Shown piece by piece: positions 52,493-61,647 of a DNA stretch of 64,000 nt. Position numbers and translations under genes: made by a program. Position 1 is the first letter of the stretch, and each line of letters starts with the position of its first letter. The stretch is from an uncultured Actinomycetes bacterium. GTDB lineage: Bacteria; Actinomycetota; Actinomycetes; Mycobacteriales; SCTD01. The notes beneath the pieces are model-generated. The model searched no databases. It saw only the letters and a program-made list of their open reading frames with translations, and was not told the DNA's origin. The stretch spans positions 23,792 to 87,791 of the forward strand of contig CAWASE010000023.1 in NCBI GenBank assembly GCA_963784675.1, read 5' to 3'.

Positions 52493-53706
52493 GGCCTGCG
52501 GGCGAGCACGTACAGCCGCTGGGTCGTCTCGTCCCGGGAGGCGATCGGACCGCGCTGGTACCACTCGACCTCGACGAGCCCGGCCCCTGCGACGACGTCG
52601 CAGACGGCCTGCGGGTCGTGCAGCACCACCTCGAGCTCGACGCGCTGCCCGAACCACTCGTCTGCCGTCCGCACGCCCTGTCCGGCGTGCATCGCCAGCA
52701 CGAGCAGTCCACCGGGAGCCAGCGGACGGGCCAGCGCCTGCACGGCCCCGGCCAGCTCGGACTCGGCCAGGTAGATCAGCGAGTACCAGGCGAGCACGGC
52801 GCCCCAACCTGGCCCGGCCGTCGGCCGCATCAGGTCTCGCAGGTCGCCGACCTCGAACGTCAGCCCGGGGAAGCGGCTCCGCGCCTGCGCGACCATCTCC
52901 GGCGACAGGTCCAGGCCCTGTGCCTGCGCCCCCGCCCGGGCGAGCCACGACGTCACGTGCCCCGGCCCGCACCCGACCTCGATGACCGGCTCTCCGGCGG
53001 ACTCGGTCACGACCCGGTCGAGCAGCCAGCGCTCGAACGGCAGGCCGTCCAGCTCGGCCGTGAAGCTCTGCGCGTAGGGCTCGGCCACCGCGGCGAAGGT
53101 GGCGAGCATCCGCGCGGTACGGGCCTGCTCGCCGTCGCGGAGCACGCTCTCGCGGTCGACGACCTCAGGGAACGGCCCGACACCGATCTCGACCGGGCCG
53201 AGCAGGTGCACCCAGCGGCTGTCCTGCTCGCGCGGGCGCCGGGCCAGCTCGCGCACCAGCGGCCGGTCGGCCTGTGCCATCCGGGTCAGGCACTCCTGGA
53301 CGGCGTCGCGGTCGGCGAACGCGTGGAGCCGTTCCGTACGCACCCGCAGGGCACCAGGGGCCTGCGCTCCCCGCAGCAGCAGCACCGTCAGCAGCGCCCG
53401 CTCGTCCGGCGGCAGGCCCAGTCGGGGCGCGAGGGTCTGCAGGTACTTCACCGTGCGACGGCCCGGGTCGGTCCAGTACGCCACCAGCTCGCGGTCCTTC
53501 AGCGACCGCAGCAGCTGCTGCACCTGCTCCTCGTCGAGGTCGGTCACCGGATCGCGGCTGCTCGTCTGGTTGCAGGCGGCGCGCACCGCGTTCACCGTCA
53601 TCGGGTAGGTGGCCGGAACCGTCACCTCCTTCTCCAGCAGGCTGCCGAGCACGCGCTGCTCGTCAGGGCTCAGCTGGGGCAGGCCGGTCGACGCGGTGTC
53701 CGCCAT
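52489..53706 (-). CDS. DUF480 (YceH-like) domain fused to a class I SAM methyltransferase
   Basis: EQRVLGSLLEKEVTVPATYPMTVNAVRAACNQTSSRDPV, LLLRGAQAPG-LRVRTERL, RWVHLLG; then IEVGCGPGH, GLDLSPEM, AWYSLI. Confidence 0.88.
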   Translation of the reverse strand: MADTASTGLPQLSPDEQRVLGSLLEKEVTVPATYPMTVNAVRAACNQTSSRDPVTDLDEEQVQQLLRSLKDRELVAYWTDPGRRTVKYLQTLAPRLGLPPDERALLTVLLLRGAQAPGALRVRTERLHAFADRDAVQECLTRMAQADRPLVRELARRPREQDSRWVHLLGPVEIGVGPFPEVVDRESVLRDGEQARTARMLATFAAVAEPYAQSFTAELDGLPFERWLLDRVVTESAGEPVIEVGCGPGHVTSWLARAGAQAQGLDLSPEMVAQARSRFPGLTFEVGDLRDLMRPTAGPGWGAVLAWYSLIYLAESELAGAVQALARPLAPGGLLVLAMHAGQGVRTADEWFGQRVELEVVLHDPQAVCDVVAGAGLVEVEWYQRGPIASRDETTQRLYVLARRP

Positions 53707-53742
53707 CAGCGCAGCGTGGCACAGCGCTGACCGCCCGCGCCG

Positions 53743-54444
53743 CTACCGGTACTCAGGGTTCGGGTGGTCGAACCGCTCCCCGGCGTCCCAGTCCCGGCGC
53801 GAGTTGCCGTGCGCCGGCAGACCACCGGCGTCCTTGAGCAGCCGGGCCAGGTGCAGCAGGTTCCACGTCATGAAGGTGGTGTTGCGGTTGGTGAAGTCGT
53901 TGTCCAGCCCGGCACCGTCGTCGCCGTAGGACGGGCCGGGGCCGGCCTCGCCGATCCAACCCGCGTCAGCCTGCGGCGGGATGACGTAGCCGAGGTGCTG
54001 CAGGGAGTAGAGGACGTTCATCGCGATGTGCTTGATGCCGTCCTCGTTGCCCGTGACCAGGCAACCACCGACGCGGCCGTAGTAGGCGTACTGACCTGCG
54101 TCGTTGAGCTCACCGGACAAGCCGTACAGCCGCTCGACCACCCGCGTGCAGACCGAGCTCTTGTCCCCGAGCCAGATCGGCGTCGCGATCACCAGGATGT
54201 CGGCAGCCATCACCTTGGTCTGTACGCCGGGCCACGCGTCGTTCGCCCAGCCGTGCTCGGTCATGTCGGGGTAGACCCCGGGGGCGACGTCGAGATCCAC
54301 GACGCGGACCGTCTCGACCTGCACGCCCTGGCCGCGCATGAGGGCCGCCGAGCGCTCCACCAGCAGATCCGTGTGCGAGGGCTCCGGCGAGGGCTTGAGG
54401 GTGCAGTTGAGGAACAGGGCTCGAAGGTCGGTGTAGGTGGTCAC
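53743..54444 (-). CDS. Flavodoxin-like / NADPH-dependent FMN reductase family protein
   Basis: FLNCTLKPSPEPSHT, ADILVIATPIWLG, TGNEDG, NTTFMTWNLLH. Confidence 0.88.
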   Translation of the reverse strand: MTTYTDLRALFLNCTLKPSPEPSHTDLLVERSAALMRGQGVQVETVRVVDLDVAPGVYPDMTEHGWANDAWPGVQTKVMAADILVIATPIWLGDKSSVCTRVVERLYGLSGELNDAGQYAYYGRVGGCLVTGNEDGIKHIAMNVLYSLQHLGYVIPPQADAGWIGEAGPGPSYGDDGAGLDNDFTNRNTTFMTWNLLHLARLLKDAGGLPAHGNSRRDWDAGERFDHPNPEYR

Positions 54445-54497
54445 GCCGCGCAGCCTCGCACCCCAGACCGCCGAAGCCGCTTACCGCTCGCTCACGG

Positions 54498-54875
54498 CTA
54501 CGCGACGCCGTAGTGGAACGTCAGCCGGGCGCCGCCCGCACCGGTGCAGGCATAGTCGGTGTCACCCTCGGCCGCGTCCGTCGGGGTGCAGGAGAACCCC
54601 TCTGCCTCGTACGCCGCACGACCCTGTCCGACGGCGGCCAGGATCACCTTGCGGGCGAGCGCACAGTCCAGACCGGTCAGCACCACGTCGGTCCCCTCGT
54701 GCGCGGGGACCTGCACGCGGCTGCAGCCGCCGGCAGGCTGGCTGTCGTCGCCGCCGGCGCTGTCGTCGCCGCCGGCTGCGCCGACTGCGGCCCGGTCGCT
54801 GCCGGCGGACCCGCACGCGGTGACGATCGTCAGCAGCACGGCGAAGGGCACGAGCATCGGTGCGCGCGGTCTCAT
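54498..54875 (-). CDS. Small lipoprotein with four additional Cys
   Basis: Lipobox VTAC; duplicated GGDDS linker; C..C..C..C small domain. Confidence 0.7.
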   Translation of the reverse strand: MRPRAPMLVPFAVLLTIVTACGSAGSDRAAVGAAGGDDSAGGDDSQPAGGCSRVQVPAHEGTDVVLTGLDCALARKVILAAVGQGRAAYEAEGFSCTPTDAAEGDTDYACTGAGGARLTFHYGVA

Positions 54876-54983
54876 ACCGCTGCCCTTACCCGCCAGCGGC
54901 TTCGCCAGCCTGCCAGCCGGTGACAGGACGCTCGGACCAGCAGGGCAGAGTGACCTGACCCGACCCGCTGCCCCGGAGGAACG

Positions 54984-55391
54984 ATGACCGAACCGCTGTC
55001 GATGCCGCCGAGCGCCTTCACCGCCGCGATGGGCCTCACCATGGGCGAGATCACGGGCGACGTCGTCCGGGCCACGATGACCGTCACCCCCGACCAGCAC
55101 CAGCCGTACGGCATCGTCCACGGCGGCGTGTTCTGCGCCGTCGTCGAGACAGTCGCCAGCGTCGCCGGCGCGACCTGGCTGGGTGACCGCGGTCAGGTGG
55201 TCGGGGTCGCGAACAGCACGCACTTCCTGCGAGCGGTGCGCGAGGGTGAGCTGAGCGTGGAGGCAACGCCCCTGCAGCGGGGCCGGACCCAACAGCTGTG
55301 GCAGGTCTTCATCCGCGACGACCAGGACCGCCTGGTCTCCAAGGGCGAGGTCCGCCTGGCGAACATCCAGCCGGAGGCGATCGGCGGATGA
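54984..55391 (+). CDS. PaaI family thioesterase
   Basis: HQPYGIVHGGVFCAVVETVAS, NSTHFLRAV, GRTQQLWQV. Confidence 0.92.
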   Translation: MTEPLSMPPSAFTAAMGLTMGEITGDVVRATMTVTPDQHQPYGIVHGGVFCAVVETVASVAGATWLGDRGQVVGVANSTHFLRAVREGELSVEATPLQRGRTQQLWQVFIRDDQDRLVSKGEVRLANIQPEAIGG

Positions 55392-56383
55392 GCGTCTTCG
55401 ACCTGCCCGACGGCGTGCTCGACGTCGTGCTCGACACCGACGTGATGAACGAGGTGGACGACCAGTTCGCGATCGTCTGGGCCCTGCTGCGGCCGGATCG
55501 CGTGCGGCTGCTGGGACTGCACGCCTGTCCTTTCGGGCTCTCCCCCGACCTGGTGGCGCCGGGCAAGGGGCTGCTCACCGAGCTCGACCGCCGACACCTC
55601 ACCCGTGAGATCGAGGCCCTGGGCCTGACCGCCGACGACGTGCCGGTCAAGCTGCCCGCAGAGGGCGCCCAGCAGGCGTACGACGAGCTGCTGCGCGTCG
55701 TCGCGCTCGCCGGGTCCGACGTGCCGGTGGCGCGCGGCAGCGAGAGCTACCTGCCGGACGCCTCGACGCCGGTCGACTCCGAGGCCGCCCGCCGCCTGGT
55801 CGAGCTGGCCCACCAGCCTCGCGAGGGCAGGCTCTACGTCGTCGGGATCGGCTGCGCGACGAACATCGCCAGCGCGCTGCTGCTCGACCCGTCGATCGCC
55901 GATCGGATCGTGGTGGTCTGGACGGCGGCCTACCCGAGCTTCTGGCCTTATGAGAACTCCTCCTACAACCTCGCGCAGGACGTCCCCGCGGCACAGGTGC
56001 TCTTCGACTGCGGCGTGCCGCTGGTGTACGTGCCGGGCTACTACGTCGGCGAGGAGCTGCGCCTCACGCTTCCCGAGCTGGAGCAGAACGTGCGCGGCAA
56101 GGGCGTGCTGGGCGGCTACCTCTGGGAGTCGGTGCGCGCCCACCCGCTCTTCAAGCTGGACCGGCTGGGCTCGTCGAAGGTCATCTGGGACCTGGCCCCG
56201 CTGGCGTGGCTGCTGGAGGCCGACTGGTGCACGCTGCGCGAGGTGCCGACGCCGGCGATGGGCGACGACCTGCACTGGGTGGCCCGGCCGGAGCACGCCG
56301 CCATGCTGGAGATGCACGACCTGGACCGCGACGCCGTCTACGGCGACCTCTACCGGCTGCTGGACGAGCACGCCGCCGACTGA
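55388..56383 (+). CDS. Nucleoside hydrolase-like protein
   Basis: VVLDTDVMNEVDDQFA, IGCATNIASAL, YNLAQDVPAA, KVIWDLAP. Confidence 0.85.
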   Translation: MSVFDLPDGVLDVVLDTDVMNEVDDQFAIVWALLRPDRVRLLGLHACPFGLSPDLVAPGKGLLTELDRRHLTREIEALGLTADDVPVKLPAEGAQQAYDELLRVVALAGSDVPVARGSESYLPDASTPVDSEAARRLVELAHQPREGRLYVVGIGCATNIASALLLDPSIADRIVVVWTAAYPSFWPYENSSYNLAQDVPAAQVLFDCGVPLVYVPGYYVGEELRLTLPELEQNVRGKGVLGGYLWESVRAHPLFKLDRLGSSKVIWDLAPLAWLLEADWCTLREVPTPAMGDDLHWVARPEHAAMLEMHDLDRDAVYGDLYRLLDEHAAD

Positions 56384-56412
56384 AGCGTTCGCGAGCCCCC
56401 CGACATGCCGGT

Positions 56413-59183
56413 TCAGGGACGACTGACCGCCGCGAGCGGTCCGCTGCGCGCGATGGCCCGCGGGTCGGTGCCGAGGTAGGCGGCGATCACGGCCGGGTCG
56501 GAGATCACGTCCGCCCCGGAGCCATCGGCGATGATCGCGCCTCCCGACAGGCACACCACCCGGTCCGACAGCGACAGCACCAGCGGCAGGTCGTGCTCGA
56601 CGAGCACCACGGTCGCGGCCAGCTCGTCGCGCACGTCCGCGAGCAGCGGTGCGAAAGCCTCGGTCTCGCGCTGGGCGAGCCCGGCGGTCGGCTCGTCGAG
56701 CAGCAGGACGCGCGAGCCCTGCCCCAGCACGCAGCCGAGCTCCACGATCCGGCGCATGCCGGTGGACAGCGCCCGGACCGGACGGTGCTGCACCTCGCGC
56801 AGCCCCAGCCGGTCCAGCACCTCCTGCGCTGCGGCGTGCGCGAGGCGCTCGGCCCGGCGCGCCGGCGGCGCGAACAGCAGCGCCGGGACGACGTCGACCG
56901 CCTCCGGAGCGCACGCGAGCGAGAGCGTCTCGAGCACGGTGAGCTCGGCGAACAGCCTGGCGTCCTGGAACACCCGCCCGATGCCCAGGACTGCACGGGC
57001 GTGCGGGGGCAGCGGCGTGACGTCACGGCCGTCGAGGAGCACCGAGCCGGCGTCCGGGCGACGGGCACCCGCCAGCACGTCGAGCAGCGTCGACTTGCCG
57101 GAGCCGTTCGCGCCGATCAGGCCCAGCGACTGCCCGGGCGCCACCGTCAGACTGAGGTCGTCCACGGCGGTACGCCCCCCGAACCGGACGGTGATCCCGG
57201 CGGCCTCCAGAGCGGGGGCCTCGGCCGTCGGCGCGGCGGCGACAGCCCGTTCCCGCACGGTGGCCGGCGGACGCGGCTCGGGCTGAGGGAGCCGCGCCGC
57301 GACCGCCGTGAGCAGTGCTTCCCGCGCGCGGTCGACGAGCCCTGCCAGCCCGCCCGGCAGGTACAGCAGCAGCGCCAGCAGCCCGACGCCGCTGGTCAGC
57401 AGGGCCGGTAGCGCCCCGCCACCGAGCAGGGTCGGCAGCCCCACCACCCAGACAGCACCCAGCACGGCGCCGTCGACCCGTCCGATGCCGCCGATGACCG
57501 CCAGGGCGACGATCTGCAGCGACAGCGAGACCGGCACGTCCAGCGGCGACAGGCGGCCGGTGAGCGGCGCGTAGAGGGCGCCGGCGAACGACGCGAGCCC
57601 ACCGGCGAGCGCGAAGGCGACCAGTCCGGTGCGCTGCGGCGGCACGGCCAGCGCGGAGGCCCGACGGGGGTTGGCGCGCACCGCCACCACCGAGCGGCCC
57701 AGGGCGCCCCGCCGCAACCGGGAGACCAGCAGGCCGGACAGCGCGAGCGCCGCGAGGCACAGCTCGAAGTAGGCGACGTTGCTGCCGAACCCGGCGGGTC
57801 GCTGCACGACGACGGTGCCGGTGCTGTCGACGAAGAACGACGTGGAGAAGACGAAGGAGGCTCCGGCGACCGCGGCCGCGAGGGTGGACACCGCCAGGAA
57901 CAGCCCCCGCACACGCAGCGCCGGCAGGCCCAGCAGCAGCGACACGGCGACGCCGACGGCCACCGCCTCGACGACCGCTGCCGGGAACGGCACCCCGCGC
58001 ACCGTCAGCGCCGCCGTCGCGAACGCGCCGAGCCCGAACAGCGCCCCCTGGCCGAGGGACACCTCGCCGCCCCAGCCGGTGAGCACGACGAGCGACAGGC
58101 CGGTCAGCGCCAGCAGCGCCACCCGGGACAGGGTGAACAGGTCGCCCGCCCCGGAGAACACCAGCGGCAGCAGCGCGGCGACGAGCAGTGCGGTGCACGC
58201 GGTCAGCGGGCCGAGCCGTTCGGCCCACCAGCGACCGACGAGCGCGGCCGGCAGCACGCGCACCGTGGGCGGGACCGGCAGGGCGGTGTCGCCGGAGGCC
58301 GGTCCGCGTCCCCCCGACCCCGGCCGCAGCAGCACCGGCAGCACGACGAGCACCACGGCCAGCAGACCGAGGTCGATCAGGCCGGGACGGGTCGGGGCCA
58401 GCTGCAGCGCCACCGCTTCGGCCACGCCGACGCCGAGGCCGCCGGCCACCGCCATCGGCAGCGAGACGAGCCGTCCGACCAGCGCTGCCACCAGAGCGCG
58501 CAGCAGCAGCGCCGGACCCACTGCCACCTGCGGCTGTCCGAGCGGCAGGCGGGTGAGGCCGTCGAGCAGGACGATGGTGACGGCCGCCAGCGCCCCGGAC
58601 AGGGCCCAGATGCCGGTCGCGACCCGCCGCGTCCGTACGCCTGCGAGCTCGGCCGCCTCGCGGTTGTCGGCGGTCGCGCGCAGCAGCAGCCCGACGGGGG
58701 TGCGGGTCACCAGCAACGCCACCCCCACCGCCACCGGCGGGGTGAGCGCGAGCACCGACAGCCGGGGACCGTCCAGCAGCACCGGCCCGACCTGGATCAC
58801 GCGGTCCAGCGCCGCGGGGAACGCGCGCACCGACGAACGCACCGACGGAAGGACGAACTGCACCGCCAGCAGCAGCTGCGACACCCCCACGGTCGCCACC
58901 AGCAGCAGCGCCGGCGGTGCCGAGGAAGCCGTCGCACCACCAGCAGCTCGATGCCGGCGGCCACGCCCGCACCGAGCACGCAGGCCAGCAGCAGGGCGAC
59001 GAAGAACGGCACGCCGCGGTCGAGCACCAGCAGCGCGAGGACCGCCGCCGCGAGCCCCCCGGTCTCGCCATGGGCGATGTTCAGCACCCCCGACACGCGC
59101 TGCACGAGCACCAGCCCGACAGCCAGCAGCCCGTAGCAGAGCCCGGCGAGCGCCCCACCGACGAGCAGGTCCAGGGTCAGCAC
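56413..59183 (-). CDS. Fused LivH/LivM-type permease + ATPase ABC subunit (frameshift near 58910)
   Basis: GLVLVQRVSGVLNIAHGE, GLLLRATADNREAAELAGV, GEVSLGQGALFGLGA, AVIGGIG; GANGSGKST, LSTGMRR, LDEPTAGL, VEHD. Confidence 0.88.
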
Positions 59184-59204
59184 GGGAACGACGACGTCAC
59201 GGGC

Positions 59205-60832
59205 TCAGAAGGTCCCGGCCGTGAAGGCGTCCAGCGCCTTCCAGCACGTGCAGTCGCGGAAGGCCTGCACCCGCCGCACCTGTGTGGGGGCGTCGGTGCG
59301 CCCGCCGGTGAACGACGACGGTCCGAAGCCGCCGTTGTCGAAGCTGCCGATCCGACCGAGCGCCGACGCGAAGCCGGCCCGGGTCCCGTGGGGCCGACCG
59401 CGTCCATCCCGCGCACGAACAGCTGCAGCAGCGTGCAGTTCCACTGCGCCTGAAAATAGGTGAAGGACGTGGTGGAGCTGCGATCCAGCCGCTCACCCGT
59501 CGCCTTCTCCGAGATGGCCCTACAGGCCTTGTCGTGGGCAGGTTCGGCCGCGCCCGCGCGCCCTTCCCCGACCCGGCTGGACGTCACGCCGATGGCGCGC
59601 CGGTAGAAGCCGTCGGGCATCTGCTGCAAGAAGCTGTCGCCGGACATCTGGTAGTCGAAGTCGCTCATCAGGTACGACGGTCGGCAGCCCGGGCGCGACT
59701 CCACCTGGTTGACGAACTGCGCACCGAACAAGGCGTTGGTGTTGAGGAAGATGGCCTGGACGCCCGCGTTGCACATGTTGCTGGACGCGACCGAGAGCTG
59801 CGCCGGGACGTTCTGCGAGCTCGACGAGCTGTGCGTCCCGCGGGTGACCTGGAAGCCCTTCTGCTCCAGCAGCCGCTGCAGCGCGTCGTTGTCGGCCGCC
59901 AGATAGCCGTCCTCGGACAGCAGCCCGATCTTCTTGCCCGTGCCCTTGGCCGGGTCGCCCAGCTCGCCGGTGTCGATCAGCTTCACGACGCTGTTCAGGT
60001 GCGTCCGCAGGGTCGACGGCTGCACCGTGAACAGATATCCGCCGGACTCGCGGTAGAAGGAGGAGACGGCCCCGTCGACGGTGAGGTACGGCGTCTTGTG
60101 GTCGCGGGTGAAGCACAGGATCGGCGCGCCGTAGATGCCGATGAGATGGACGACCGCGAAGGCCTTGTCGGTCTCGGTGAGCTGCTTGCAGGCCGCCTGC
60201 GAGCTGGCCTGGGCGTTGCCGAACTCGACGGTGGCGTACTTGGGCACGATCTTGTGGCCCGCTGCCCCGCCCTTCGCGTTGGCGCTCGCGATGTAGACCT
60301 CCCAGGCCCGACGCTGCTTGTCCAGGGAGTACTGCTCGGTCCCGGCGAAGCCGGAGGCGGCGAGGGCGCCGATGTCGGTCAGCACCACGCCGAGCGTGAC
60401 CGGGCTGCCTGTCGTCGTGCCGCCGTTGCCGCCGGCGCCTCCTGCGGGCGGGGCTGCGGGGCCACCGTTGCGCACGGGCCCGGCGGACGTCGGGGCTCCG
60501 CCCGGCCCGGTCGCGGCGCCGGAGGGGCCGGAGCCGTCGCTGCCGGCCGCGGGACCCGCTGCGCTGCCGCCGGTCCCGTCGGGTCCGGTCGGGGCGGTCG
60601 GCGCGAGCGGGTCGCCGTCCGGTCCGACGGGACCCGCGACCGGACTGTCCGGGTCCAACGCAGCGGTGCCGGTGGAGGACGGCAGCTCGCTGACGGCGTC
60701 GGTGGCGGTCCGGTCGCCGAAGACGACCGGCACGGCGACGCCGGCGACCAGCAGTCCCAGCACGAGCGCCAGGGCTCCGCCGTAGGTGCGGCTGCGGCTG
60801 CGGAAGCGTCCGCCGTCGACGGGTTCGGTCAC
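59205..60832 (-). CDS. ABC substrate-binding protein (type I periplasmic fold) with TM anchor and Gly/Pro linker (frameshift near 59400)
   Basis: N-terminal TM; VTLGVV...ANAKGGAAGHKI...AACKQLTETDKAFAVV; C-terminus in ORF 59205..59444. Confidence 0.8.
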
Positions 60833-61647
60833 AGGTTCTCCAGGCTGGTGCGGAAGGCGATGCGGAACGGCAGCGGCGAGGCGGGCTCGGGGAGCAGGGT
60901 GATGCCGGCGCCCGTGACGTCCGGGAAGCTGCTCAGGTCGAACGACCAGGTCCCGCCGGCCAGGGTGCCCGTGACGCAGCGCTGGGCGTCGAAGGGTGGC
61001 GCCTGCGCCTGGGCGCGTCCCGGTGTCCAGGCGGTGGTGGACGTCTGGCACGCCCGCGCTCCTGCGACGGGTCCGCCGAACCCTGCGCCGGGAGCGTTGT
61101 CGGCCGGGAGCAGGAGCACCTCCCCCTGGCCGGACAGGCGCACCCAGGATCGCGCCACCTCCCCGGCCGGGCCGGCCTGCACCGGCAGGTCTGTCGCGGG
61201 CACCGTCGCATCGTCGCCGACGGTGGACGTCCACCCGGCAGCGGCCACGGCCAGCGGCCTCGGGGAAGCGGCGGCCGACGGGCGCGGTGCCGCCGACGGC
61301 TGCGCGGGCGACGGCTCCGGCGCGAGCGGGACGAGCCCCGGCAGCAGGCCGGGCGGCGGTGGCAGCACGGGCACCGGCGCCGCCGGACCGACCGGGAGCG
61401 CGGGCACGACGCCGTCCGGGAGCGGCGCGGACGGCGCTGCGACCGGCTGCGGGCTCGGCAGCGGCAGCGGCAGCGGCAGCGGGCTCTGCACCGGGGCTGC
61501 GGACGCTCCTGGAGCAGTCCTGCCGGCGACCCCCAGGACGGACGCGAGCAGGACGGGCACCGCCAGCACCAGCCCCGGCACGACGGTCCAGGCCTGTCCG
61601 GGGGTCCAGCCCAGCCGACGGGCGGCGGCGCCCAACGGGTCTCTCAC
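60829..61647 (-). CDS. Pro-rich membrane-anchored hypothetical protein
   Basis: TM helix, Pro linker, AGWT...ACQTSTTAW...PPFDAQRCVTG...WSFDL; overlaps both neighbours. Confidence 0.7.
   Translation of the reverse strand: MRDPLGAAARRLGWTPGQAWTVVPGLVLAVPVLLASVLGVAGRTAPGASAAPVQSPLPLPLPLPSPQPVAAPSAPLPDGVVPALPVGPAAPVPVLPPPPGLLPGLVPLAPEPSPAQPSAAPRPSAAASPRPLAVAAAGWTSTVGDDATVPATDLPVQAGPAGEVARSWVRLSGQGEVLLLPADNAPGAGFGGPVAGARACQTSTTAWTPGRAQAQAPPFDAQRCVTGTLAGGTWSFDLSSFPDVTGAGITLLPEPASPLPFRIAFRTSLENL

Noticed and set aside
61457-61480. (GGCAGC)x4 microsatellite as a phase-variation site
   Set aside because: A 6-bp unit keeps the frame and simply encodes a Leu-Pro linker.
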